A stretch of DNA of 64,000 nucleotides from Flavobacterium sp. (GCA_015665265.1 JADFAM010000033.1:2035-66034), one strand, 5' to 3'; shown: positions 18,580 to 27,957, numbered from the stretch's first letter. The notes: a model not told the origin generated them from the sequence alone. A program made the numbers and translations.

Positions 18580-18752
18580 GAAATTTTAAAATTTAATTAT
18601 TTTATAAAGTTAAACGATGCATTAATTAAAACATTAAAAACTACCTCAATAAAAAATATACAACACAAAAAATTTAATAATTTTTAAATCATCAAGTTTA
18701 TCAAACGTTTTTTGGTCTATATTACAAAATGTTGCGCCTTAAATATTTCGGA

Positions 18753-18772
18753 TGTATAGCTATTGTATAGTT
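18753..18772. repeat. Two direct TGTATAG copies 11 bp apart (18753-18759 and 18764-18770); the second is part of ATTGTATAGTT
   Basis: Read directly from gatgtatagctattgtatagtt. It lies 10-29 nt past the regulator stop and about 175-190 nt upstream of the susC ATG. The centre ATAGCTAT is palindromic. Confidence 0.5.
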
Positions 18773-18781
18773 TTTTTTTAA

Positions 18782-21577
18782 TCATATTTCTAAAATATAA
18801 CTACTAAGACTTGCTTCGTGAGGTAAATTCATCTTTTTACGAAGACGATATCTTTTAACCTCTACACTTCGTATAGAAATATTTAACAATGGTGCAATTT
18901 CTTTTGATGATAAATTTAATCTAAGATAAGTACATAGTCTTAGGTCATTTGAGGTTAGGTTTGTATGTTCAGATTTTAATTTTTTCATAAAGCCTTTGTC
19001 GGTATTTTTAAAAGCTTCTTCAAATAATTTCCAATCGTCTGAAGTATTTAAGTTGTTATTAATAAGCTTAATAACATTTGAAATATCTTCTATTTTTTTT
19101 GTGCCTCCTAATTCTTTTTTTATGGTTCCTAATAATTCATTTCTTTTTATTAGGTTCATGGTAGAAAGTCCTAATTCTCTGTTTTTAGAATCAATATCTT
19201 TCTGTAAATCTAAATTTTTAAAGTGCATCAACTGTTGTTCGTTTTCCAGTTGCTTTATTTCCAATTCTTTTTCTTTCTGTTTGAGTATTTTTTCTTGTTT
19301 ACTTTTAAAATAATTTCGATGAAGTATATTAATAATAATTAATAGTAGAATTGCAGAGAAAAAATAAATAACTAATGATGATGTTCTTAAATACCACGGT
19401 TTTGCTATCGTAAATGAATAGCTTACAGGATTTGAAATTTTTTCCGATCCAAGTTTTGCTCTTACTTCAAATTCATATATGCCATGTGGCAAATTTTCAA
19501 AATAAACCTCTGATTTTGACGTCCAATTACTCCAGTTTTTATTAAAACCTAGTAACCTGTATTGGAATAGAGATGGGAGGTATTTACTGTAGTTAGAAAT
19601 ACTATAAGAAATTCTAATATGATTAACCTTATTTTCAAGTGAACTGTAATCCCCCAAAACTAAGGGTTCTTCCTTTCCCTCTATTGAATTAGCTGTAATT
19701 TCATCAATCTTAATTATATTATCAATTGTATTCTTTGAGGTTAAATCAGTTATTATGTAACCACTTGTAGTTCCAACAAGATATTTATCTTTTCCAATGT
19801 ATAGAATATTTTCATACCCATCTTTTGTTTCTCTTACGTTATTTGGCATAGGGATTGAAAACAACTCATAGTTAGTTGTTAACCTTTCTTTTTGAACATA
19901 TGAAATATTATCATTTGTGAATGAAAATAATTTGTTGTTGGCATTAATCAATTTACCTGAAATATAATCGGTGCAATTATACAATTCGCTCAATATTGTA
20001 TCTTTTTTGAAGTTTAAAGTCATTGTATCTAAATAAAATACACCTTCATTAGCACTATAATAAATTTTATTATTGTATTTGGTAAGACTAGATTTGATAC
20101 TTTTTTTTACGTCTGTTTCAGAAAAAGAAAGAACGCGGTCATAAGCTTCATTGGTTTTTAATAAATAAACTCCTTTTTGCTCATGACTTACTAAAATTTC
20201 AAGAGGGTTTACAAACTCTAGATGTCTTGAAGAAATATCAAATCCTTCAATTTTATTTTCTAAAAACCAATTCTTATTTTCTTTTTTCAGAATAAATAAT
20301 CCGTTGTATCCCCCAAGAATTAATAAATCTTTTTTTTCTGGAACTTCCTTGATAAGCCATGTGCCAAAAGTATTAGGTATTCTTTCTGCTTTTCCGTTGG
20401 AAATTATAAATGTACCCTTATCATGACCACAAAATAATGTATTGTTTATTTTTTGCAATGACCATACTTGCCCTTCAGTCCCTTTCACATATTTGAATGA
20501 CTCCTCTTTATTTTGATTTTTATAAAAAAGCCCTTGATTTGTTCCTAAATATAAAATATCATTATCTAGAAAAGTTGTGTATACAGACCCTAACACACCT
20601 AAGTCATCTTTGTAGGCTCTAAATGGGGCATTAAAATTAATATTACTGATTCCATTATCATGACCTAGCCAAACGTTTTTATCCTTATCCTCAAATAAAG
20701 AAAGTACCGTATTGTTTGCTAGTCCTTTACTCTGATCTATGGTGTATTCTATTTCTTTTTCTTTGTTGATATAAATGATTCCATTAGATACAGTTCCTAG
20801 TATAAAGTCATTATTTTGCAACTGTAGACTATTGTATACACTGTATTCTTTAAGTTTTTTATTAAGTTTAGTATCCCACTCAACAACGCTTTTGTCATTT
20901 TTTTCAATAAAAAAACCAAGCTCTTTTGTTTGAAACAATAATTTGTTATTGTTTAAGAATATATTTATAATGTTGTTGCCTTTTAAGATTTTGTTGTTAG
21001 AGACTAATATCTCTTTGCCATTCTTGTATTTGTAGATCCCTAGATTAAATTTTTGATAGTAAATTTCTTCTTGTACCTTATATATTTTTGTAATTGCTGT
21101 CTCTGATTCAATGATATCAGTAGATTTTGTTTTTGTATCAAAAATATAAATGCGGTCTAGAGACTGAAAAAGAATCCAACGGTCTAGTTCTAAAATATTC
21201 CAAAACTCTTCATCCTCTGCCAAAGAGATTTCTTCATTTGATGATATAGAGGTGTATTTTAAAGTGCCATATTTATTTTTTTTCCAAAATCCAAAATCCA
21301 TATAACTACCAGTGTAGATTTTGTCCCCAATAACTTTAACAGATCTAAAGATAGATGAGTTTGATGATTTGTATAGTTTCCATCTAGAGCCATTATAGCT
21401 TAATAGTCCTTTGTTGTTTGCAAAGTATATAGACTTATCATTTCCTTGAGAAACCCCCCAATTTTGGTCTTCTGCAGCATAATCTTTTGGCTTAAAAACT
21501 TCAATAGGAGGAAGCTCTTGGCTAAAAACACTCAGCTGAGTTAATAACATTAAATAAATAAAATATTTTAATTTCAT
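18782..21577 (-). CDS. Transmembrane one-component PUL regulator: periplasmic beta-propeller repeats plus Y_Y_Y domain, TM helix, coiled coil, C-terminal LuxR/GerE HTH
   Basis: 931 aa. Signal peptide MKLKYFIYLMLLTQLSVFSQ. Y_Y_Y-like region FQYRLLGFNKNWSNW...LPHGIYEFEVRA. TM segment SSLVIYFFSAILLLIIINIL. HTH is LTSNDLRLCTYLRLNLSSKEIAPLLNISIRSVEVKRYRLRKK. No His-kinase or receiver motifs were seen. Confidence 0.8.
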   Translation of the reverse strand: MKLKYFIYLMLLTQLSVFSQELPPIEVFKPKDYAAEDQNWGVSQGNDKSIYFANNKGLLSYNGSRWKLYKSSNSSIFRSVKVIGDKIYTGSYMDFGFWKKNKYGTLKYTSISSNEEISLAEDEEFWNILELDRWILFQSLDRIYIFDTKTKSTDIIESETAITKIYKVQEEIYYQKFNLGIYKYKNGKEILVSNNKILKGNNIINIFLNNNKLLFQTKELGFFIEKNDKSVVEWDTKLNKKLKEYSVYNSLQLQNNDFILGTVSNGIIYINKEKEIEYTIDQSKGLANNTVLSLFEDKDKNVWLGHDNGISNINFNAPFRAYKDDLGVLGSVYTTFLDNDILYLGTNQGLFYKNQNKEESFKYVKGTEGQVWSLQKINNTLFCGHDKGTFIISNGKAERIPNTFGTWLIKEVPEKKDLLILGGYNGLFILKKENKNWFLENKIEGFDISSRHLEFVNPLEILVSHEQKGVYLLKTNEAYDRVLSFSETDVKKSIKSSLTKYNNKIYYSANEGVFYLDTMTLNFKKDTILSELYNCTDYISGKLINANNKLFSFTNDNISYVQKERLTTNYELFSIPMPNNVRETKDGYENILYIGKDKYLVGTTSGYIITDLTSKNTIDNIIKIDEITANSIEGKEEPLVLGDYSSLENKVNHIRISYSISNYSKYLPSLFQYRLLGFNKNWSNWTSKSEVYFENLPHGIYEFEVRAKLGSEKISNPVSYSFTIAKPWYLRTSSLVIYFFSAILLLIIINILHRNYFKSKQEKILKQKEKELEIKQLENEQQLMHFKNLDLQKDIDSKNRELGLSTMNLIKRNELLGTIKKELGGTKKIEDISNVIKLINNNLNTSDDWKLFEEAFKNTDKGFMKKLKSEHTNLTSNDLRLCTYLRLNLSSKEIAPLLNISIRSVEVKRYRLRKKMNLPHEASLSSYILEI

Positions 21578-21769
21578 TGTTTAGGGTTTATGATAAAAAC
21601 ACAAGAGAATTATATGACTCATAAAAGAATATTTCTTCAAATGTTTGGGTACTAAATTAAGCTAAATCTTTTAAATACTGCAATTTTTAAATTTACGTAG
21701 TGTTCGTGTCAAGGTTTTTTTGATATGATAATCAACAAGTTTTGTTAAGAATAGTGGCAAACTATTAAA

Positions 21770-21777
21770 TACATTTG
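21770..21777 (+). promoter_or_regulatory. Candidate -7 box (TACATTTG) for the molybdoenzyme operon
   Basis: Matches TAnnTTTG, 52 nt upstream of the ATG at 21829. Confidence 0.35.
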
Positions 21778-21828
21778 AAAGTTTGAACAATAATTTTTAA
21801 CTTATGCTTTTTATTTCAAATATATATT

Positions 21829-22287
21829 ATGCCAAATTACACACTAAACATTAACGGTAAAAAAATTATTGTAAATGTAGACAATGATACACCTCTCCTC
21901 TGGGTTTTAAGAGATGAACTGAACTTGGTAGGTACAAAATTTGGTTGTGGAATAGCACAATGTGGAGCTTGTACAGTTCATGTAAATAACGTAGCCGTTA
22001 GAAGTTGCTCTATTACTGTTTCTTCCTTAAATGATGAATCTATTACAACTATTGAAGGTCTTTCTGATAATGGTACCCATCCAGTTCAAGAGGCTTGGAA
22101 TGAAATAGATGTTCCCCAATGTGGATATTGTCAAGCTGGTCAAATAATGACAGCTTCTGCATTTTTAAAAGAAAACTCTTCACCAACTAAAGATGAGATT
22201 AGAGAAGCTATGCAAGGTAATATTTGCAGATGTGCCTCATACAATAGAATAGAAAAAGCGATTGAATTAGCCGCTAAAAACTCATAA
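21829..22287 (+). CDS. [2Fe-2S]-binding small subunit of a xanthine-oxidase-family molybdoenzyme (IorA/aldehyde oxidoreductase type)
   Basis: 152 aa. Cluster motifs are GCGIAQCGACTV, CGYCQAGQIM and NICRCASY. No signal peptide. Confidence 0.85.
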   Translation: MPNYTLNINGKKIIVNVDNDTPLLWVLRDELNLVGTKFGCGIAQCGACTVHVNNVAVRSCSITVSSLNDESITTIEGLSDNGTHPVQEAWNEIDVPQCGYCQAGQIMTASAFLKENSSPTKDEIREAMQGNICRCASYNRIEKAIELAAKNS

Positions 22288-22303
22288 ATGAAATCAGTAT
22301 AAT

Positions 22304-24469
22304 ATGATGAATTCTCAAAAAAAATCAATCAGTTTTAGTAGAAGAAATTTTTTAAAAACATCTGTTCTTGCTAGTGGAGGTATGTTAATTGGGTTTAATT
22401 TTTTAAATGCATGTAGACCTAATGCAATTGTACCTATTGATATTTCAAAACTAAATTTTAATGACTTTAATGCTTTTATAAAAATTTCCCAGGAAGGGTA
22501 TGTAACTATTTTTTCTCCTAATCCAGAAATTGGTCAGGGAGTAAAAACATCTATGCCTATGATCATTGCTGAGGAGTTAGATGTTCCCTGGGAAAAGGTA
22601 GCTGTCTCTCAAGGGTTATATGACCCAGTTAATTATCAGAGGCAAGTTGCAGGAGGGAGTCAGTCTATTCGTTTTGGGTGGGATGCACTTCGCCAAACAG
22701 GAGCAACAGCTAAACAAATGTTAATCAATGCTGCAGCATTAAAATGGGATGTAGAGCCCTCTTCTTGCTATGCCTCTCAGGGAATAATTACCAATGCTAA
22801 TGGAGATTCATTTGGTTATGGAGAAGTTGTTAAAGAAGCAGCAGTTCTTGAAGTCCCAGAAAATGTTGAGTTAAAGGAATCGAAGGATTATAAAATTATT
22901 GGGCAAGACATAAAGAATGTAGATATTCAAAAAATTATTACAGGAAAACCTCTATTCGGGTTAGATTACGTAACTGAAGAAATGGTATATGCTTCTGTGT
23001 TAAGACCTCCATCTTTTGGAAAAAAACTTGTTAGTTTTGATGATCAAAACTCCAAAAAGATTAATGGAGTTTTAGACGTTCTTAAATTCGGAGATAAAAT
23101 AGCGGTTTTAGGGACAAACACCTGGGCTGCTATGAAGGGAAAGAAGGCTTTAATTTGTAAATGGAGCAGCAATACAAAACTAGAGAGCACTAAAGACCAT
23201 AACAAAGAGTTATTGAAAATTCTTAACGGCAATAAGTTTAAGGTGAACAGAGAAGATGGAAATATAGAAAAGGCTTTTTTAAATTCTGATAAAAATATAG
23301 AAAGAACGTATGAATCTCCTTTTTTACCTCATAACTGTATGGAACCTATGAACTTTTATGCAAATGTAACATCAGATAAAGTTCATCTAGTTGGACCCAT
23401 TCAAACTCCTGCTTGGACCGCAAGTAAAATTTCAAAACTTCTAGATAGGAAACCAGAGGAAATTCATCTAGAGATGACCAGAATGGGAGGAGGATTTGGA
23501 AGAAGGCTTTATGGAGATTTTGCAGAAGAGGCAGCTCAAATATCTAGTTTAGCAAATAAGCCAGTTAAAGTTGTATTTTCAAGAGAAGATGATATGGCAG
23601 CTGGGATCTATAGGCCAGCCATTAAATACAGAATCAAAGCTTCAATAAAAGATGGTAAAATTACTGGGTATCACCTAAAAGAAGCAGCTATCAATGGAAA
23701 TATGTATGGTTTAATACCTAATTTTTTTCCTGCTGGATGTATTCCAAATTATAAAGTAAGTACGGCAAACTACCAAAGTAAAATTACAACTGGAGCTTGG
23801 AGAGCTCCTTACACAAATTTTTTAGCATTTGCAGAACAGAGCTTTTTTAATGAATTAGCATCTGAGTTAGGTAAAGATCATCCATCTCTTCTCATAGAGT
23901 TACTTCAAAATGTTAAAGGAATCAAAGATGAAAGAATTCAGTATTCAGCTGAGAGAATGGAGAAGACTATAAACTTAGTTGTTGAAAAATCCAATTGGGG
24001 TAAATCCTCAGAAGGAATTTATCAAGGGTTTTCTGCATATTATAGTCATAACACTCATGTAGCTGAAGTTGCAGATGTTGAAATGGTTAATGGTTTGCCA
24101 GTTGTTAAGAAGGTAACTGTAGCTGTCGATTGTGGAATAGTTGTTAACCCACTAGGTGCAAAAAATCAAGTAGAGGGCGGAGTTATTGATGGAATTGGAC
24201 ACGCTATGTATGGAGATTTTTCATTTGAAGAAGGAACCCCACAGTCTGTTAATTTTGACACATACCGTTTAATAAGAATGAATGAAACCCCACAGGTTTC
24301 AACATATTTTGTTGAAAGTGATTTGTCTCCAACAGGGTTAGGCGAACCAGGTCTTCCTCCTGCAGGTGGTGCAGTTGCAAACGCAATTAAAGCTGCAACT
24401 AGTAAGCAGTTATTTAAACAACCTTTTGTTAAAGAGTTGGGTTTTGTTGAAAGTAAAATTTTAGGATAA
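22304..24469 (+). CDS. Molybdopterin-binding large subunit (IorB/aldehyde dehydrogenase type) with Tat signal and lipobox-like Cys
   Basis: 721 aa. Twin-arginine motif SRRNFLKTS is followed by an h-region and LNAC. The Gly-rich xanthine-oxidase-family core includes RMGGGFGRR. Confidence 0.85.
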   Translation: MMNSQKKSISFSRRNFLKTSVLASGGMLIGFNFLNACRPNAIVPIDISKLNFNDFNAFIKISQEGYVTIFSPNPEIGQGVKTSMPMIIAEELDVPWEKVAVSQGLYDPVNYQRQVAGGSQSIRFGWDALRQTGATAKQMLINAAALKWDVEPSSCYASQGIITNANGDSFGYGEVVKEAAVLEVPENVELKESKDYKIIGQDIKNVDIQKIITGKPLFGLDYVTEEMVYASVLRPPSFGKKLVSFDDQNSKKINGVLDVLKFGDKIAVLGTNTWAAMKGKKALICKWSSNTKLESTKDHNKELLKILNGNKFKVNREDGNIEKAFLNSDKNIERTYESPFLPHNCMEPMNFYANVTSDKVHLVGPIQTPAWTASKISKLLDRKPEEIHLEMTRMGGGFGRRLYGDFAEEAAQISSLANKPVKVVFSREDDMAAGIYRPAIKYRIKASIKDGKITGYHLKEAAINGNMYGLIPNFFPAGCIPNYKVSTANYQSKITTGAWRAPYTNFLAFAEQSFFNELASELGKDHPSLLIELLQNVKGIKDERIQYSAERMEKTINLVVEKSNWGKSSEGIYQGFSAYYSHNTHVAEVADVEMVNGLPVVKKVTVAVDCGIVVNPLGAKNQVEGGVIDGIGHAMYGDFSFEEGTPQSVNFDTYRLIRMNETPQVSTYFVESDLSPTGLGEPGLPPAGGAVANAIKAATSKQLFKQPFVKELGFVESKILG

Positions 24470-25054
24470 GTTCAATAATTTTTGGTAAGCCTCTTTTGTA
24501 TCAATATCAAAAAAAGGTATTTTAGAATCCATTTTTAAGACCTCTTTTTTATATTTTTTTACTACAGGTTTAGCTCCTTCATTATCTGATAAAAGAGATA
24601 ACTCATTAAATAATGATTTATCAAAAATTGCAGGAACACCAGAGACTTCGTCATAATTTGTAAGTATGATTCTTTTACCTGTTGCATCTGACAATGAAAT
24701 TAATTCTTCGTAATGTTCAGTATTAACTAAAGGTGTGTCAGCCAAGGTAACCAATACTCTATCGTAATTATTTTTCTTTTTTATAAGTTCAATACCTTTA
24801 CTTAATGAACTTCCCATGCCGTCTTCCCAATTATTATTTTTGAGGATAGTTGCTTTTTGGCCTCTTATAGATTTAAATACATCTGCAAAATGAGCTCCAA
24901 TAACAATGAATACATCCGAATATTTTATATTATTAGCTTGTTCAATAGAATGGAGTAGTAATGTAGAATTATTGTATGGTAATAATTGTTTGGGTTCACC
25001 CATTCGTTTAGATTCTCCAGCAGCAAGTATGAGTATGGCGGTTTTTGGCATCAT
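24461..25054 (-). CDS. MobA/MocA-like nucleotidyltransferase (molybdenum cofactor cytidylyl/guanylyl-transferase)
   Basis: 197 aa. The N-terminal ILAAGESKRMG motif is NTP_transf_3-like. Its start overlaps the xdhC-like stop (ATGA), and its 3' end overlaps the convergent large-subunit gene by 9 nt. Confidence 0.7.
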   Translation of the reverse strand: MMPKTAILILAAGESKRMGEPKQLLPYNNSTLLLHSIEQANNIKYSDVFIVIGAHFADVFKSIRGQKATILKNNNWEDGMGSSLSKGIELIKKKNNYDRVLVTLADTPLVNTEHYEELISLSDATGKRIILTNYDEVSGVPAIFDKSLFNELSLLSDNEGAKPVVKKYKKEVLKMDSKIPFFDIDTKEAYQKLLNLS

Positions 25055-26058
25055 TGATGAATTCCGATTTGTTTATCTCTCAAAGATATGGGTTTTTGAT
25101 TTCTAATAACAGATAATATTTCAGCAAGTATAGAAATAGCTATTTCTTGTGGCGTTTCTGCCCCTATATTAATTCCTGATGGGCCAAATATTTTGTCGAA
25201 AAAACTCTCTGAAAGAGAGTCATTATGTTCCATTAGCTCATTTAATAATTTTTCTTTTCTCTTGCTTGGCCCTAGTAAACCAATGTAGCTTGTTTCTGTT
25301 TCAAGAATTTCAGAAAGATATTTTAAGTCTTTTACATAACTATGTGACATCATCATCACTGCGGTTAAAGAGTCAAATGTGAGTTTGCCAAATTCCTTTT
25401 CATCAATTCCCATATAACAAGACGCTCCAGGAAAATCATTAATTGTTTTTACTTCATCTATTGGAGCTACAATGATTACTTCCCATCCCATTAAAGAGGC
25501 GTATTTACACAATTGAACGGAATCGTGTTCACTACCCACAATAATTAATTTGAACCCTGGATCGATGGTTTGTGTGTATGTATCTAATTTTTCAGCTATC
25601 CTTAATTTTGATACAGGAAATTTTCCCTGAGAAAAAATAAAACAAGAACCTCCTTGATGTCTTTTGGAGTTTTCTTTTGAAAAAGAGGAGGTGATAGAAA
25701 AAGATTCTCTAGTCAAGCATTGATGTTCAAATGCATCAAAAAATGCATCAGTAGGATTAAAAGGTTCAATTAAAATAGATAAAACACCTTCACATCCAAG
25801 ACGATATCTTCCATCATACTCAATTAGAGTTGGAGTATTGCTTTCAAAAACTCTCTGCGATTGCCGTAATATTTCTTTTTCTACACAGCCACCACTTACC
25901 GCACCAATCATTTTACCATTTTCTTGAATAGACATTCTAACTCCTGGTCTTCTGTAAGAAGAACCCTCTAGGTGAACCACAGAAGCTATGACAGTTTTTA
26001 TGCCTTGAGTTTTTGCAATTTTAGCAGAACGAATGATGTCTTTTAATTCATGTAACAT
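25051..26058 (-). CDS. xdhC: XdhC/CoxI-family molybdoenzyme maturation factor
   Basis: 335 aa with a two-domain XdhC layout: N-terminal VVHLEGSSYRRPG..GAVSGGC and a C-terminal Rossmann-like LIIVGSEHDS segment. Confidence 0.8.
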   Translation of the reverse strand: MLHELKDIIRSAKIAKTQGIKTVIASVVHLEGSSYRRPGVRMSIQENGKMIGAVSGGCVEKEILRQSQRVFESNTPTLIEYDGRYRLGCEGVLSILIEPFNPTDAFFDAFEHQCLTRESFSITSSFSKENSKRHQGGSCFIFSQGKFPVSKLRIAEKLDTYTQTIDPGFKLIIVGSEHDSVQLCKYASLMGWEVIIVAPIDEVKTINDFPGASCYMGIDEKEFGKLTFDSLTAVMMMSHSYVKDLKYLSEILETETSYIGLLGPSKRKEKLLNELMEHNDSLSESFFDKIFGPSGINIGAETPQEIAISILAEILSVIRNQKPISLRDKQIGIHQ

Positions 26059-26159
26059 ATAAGGCCTACAAATTACGAATTTTTGAAGTTAGGAAAAGAA
26101 TCATTTTTATTTTTACCTAAATTTTTTAAAACAAGTATCTTTACTAGATATATTTCATT

Positions 26160-27058
26160 ATGAAAAAATTAAAATATTCATTAATAATTTATTCTTTTTT
26201 TGCGGTAACTGCATTTGCACAAAAAAATAATGTAGCAACAAATTCTTATTGGTCTGAGGGTAAAGCAGAGGTAAACGTGTATGAGGTTTCTCAAAACAGA
26301 TATCAAGAAAATCATCCTGGTCAGCTTATTAGTATTTTTGTAACAGAAGATTTTTTGACAGATAAACAAGTAAAAAATGAGTATTATACAAACGAACAAA
26401 CAACATGGATATTAAAGAATATTCAATTAAAAAAGTTTACCACAGGAGTCTATGATTATTCTTTATTTAACTCTGTATTTACTCCAATAGATAGAACTAA
26501 ATTTCCAAAATCACTTAAAGTATCTGCATCTTCTCAAGAATGGTGTGGCACCATGTATACTCAATTTAACCTCATTTTTAATACAGATTATAAAGTTGAA
26601 CATCGTTCCTATTTTGAAAAAGAAGGGGATATAACCACAAGAATTAGAAGATCATTCCTAGAGGACGAAGTTTTTAACGTGCTTCGAATGAATCCATTAT
26701 TATTGCCAACTGGAAGGCTTCAATTTATCCCCTCTGCAAATTATATTCAACTGAAACATTTACCGTTGCAATCTTTTGAAGGAGCTGCCTCTTTAACCTC
26801 ATATAATAAAAAGAGATATTAGGAGGTAATTTAATGGAATACAAAATTGAGTATGCTCAACTAAAAAGAACGATGAGTATTATTTTTGAAAATAAAGCAC
26901 CATATAAAATAATGGGTTGGTTTGAAACATTTCCTTCATCATTTGATGGAAAACAAAGAACTACTTCTGTGATTTTGAAAAAACAAAAAATGCTCCCTTA
27001 TTGGAGTCAGAATAGTTTAAAAAATGAATATTTAAGAGAAGAACTGGGGCTTCGTTAA
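26160..27058 (+). pseudogene. Conserved secreted protein of unknown function, split by a frameshift in an A-run (ORFs 26160-26822 and 26834-27058)
   Basis: Frame 0 ends ...SYNKKRY*. The second ORF's frame is open from 26810 and reads KEILGGNLMEYKIEY.... One extra A in aataaaaagag (about 26805-26813) would fuse the two into about 297 aa. Confidence 0.5.
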
Positions 27059-27957
27059 AAGAAAATTTCTTGTGCTAGTCTAAACGTATTAGCATGTGAT
27101 TCAATTATAATTTTAATATCAGGAGAATATCCTCCACCCATACTACACATTACAGGAATTGAAAAATCTTTACAGGTTTGTAATACAAATCGATCCCTTT
27201 CTTTACAGCCCTCTATAGTTAGAGATAGTTTTCCAAGTTTATCTGTTTGGATAACATCCACACCACATAAGTAATAGATAAAATCAGGTTGTTCTGTTGT
27301 TATTAATTTTGGTAAGACTTCTTTTAGAATTGATAAATATGTGTGATCGTCAGTTCCGTTTTCTAAAGGAATATCTAAATCGCTCTCTTCTTTATGAAAT
27401 GGGTAGTTGCTTTTCCCATGCATTGAAAATGTAAAAACAGACGCATCATTTTGAAAAATTTCTGCAGTTCCATTTCCCTGATGTACGTCTAAATCAACAA
27501 TTAATATTTTATTAGCAAAGTTTTTTTCTTGCAAGTATCTAGCACCAATTGCTTGATCATTTAACATACAAAACCCTTCTCCTTTATTGGTAAAAGCATG
27601 GTGAGTTCCACCAGCAATATTCATTGCAATTCCGAATTTAAGTGCAAATTCACTAGCTTTTATTGTTCCATCAGCTATAATCATTTCTCTCGCAATTAAA
27701 TCTTCACTAAGCGGGAACCCAATTTTTCTAGCCGCTTTAGGATTGAGTGTAATATTCATTAAATCTGACACATAATCAGGATCATGTACCATAAAAAAGT
27801 ACTTGTTATTTGGAATTTCAGGTTCAAAGAAATTTTCTTTATCACAAGTTCCTTCATAGATCAATTGTTGAGGCAATAAATCATATTTTTCCATTGGAAA
27901 CCTGTGACCGTCCGGCAAATTGTGCTGATATATGGGATGATATGCTATTTTAAGCAT
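27055..27957 (-). CDS. Histone-deacetylase-family (HDAC/AcuC-like) zinc amidohydrolase
   Basis: 300 aa. Motifs are GGTHHAF and VDLDVHQGNGT. The start codon overlaps the metG stop by 1 nt (TAATG). Confidence 0.8.
   Translation of the reverse strand: MLKIAYHPIYQHNLPDGHRFPMEKYDLLPQQLIYEGTCDKENFFEPEIPNNKYFFMVHDPDYVSDLMNITLNPKAARKIGFPLSEDLIAREMIIADGTIKASEFALKFGIAMNIAGGTHHAFTNKGEGFCMLNDQAIGARYLQEKNFANKILIVDLDVHQGNGTAEIFQNDASVFTFSMHGKSNYPFHKEESDLDIPLENGTDDHTYLSILKEVLPKLITTEQPDFIYYLCGVDVIQTDKLGKLSLTIEGCKERDRFVLQTCKDFSIPVMCSMGGGYSPDIKIIIESHANTFRLAQEIFF

Noticed and set aside
19093-19100. Homopolymer runs (T8/A8) inside the regulator, the GH30 5' end (about 4081-4088) and the GH17 3' end, considered as phase-variation switches
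   Set aside because: Runs of 7-9 A/T are frequent throughout this AT-rich window, in housekeeping genes as well. Nothing distinguishes these from background without population sequence data.
18996-19313. 105-aa ORF antisense to the regulator's coiled-coil region
   Set aside because: It is the antisense frame of a Lys/Glu-rich coiled-coil coding region and gives a Ser/Phe-rich artefact.
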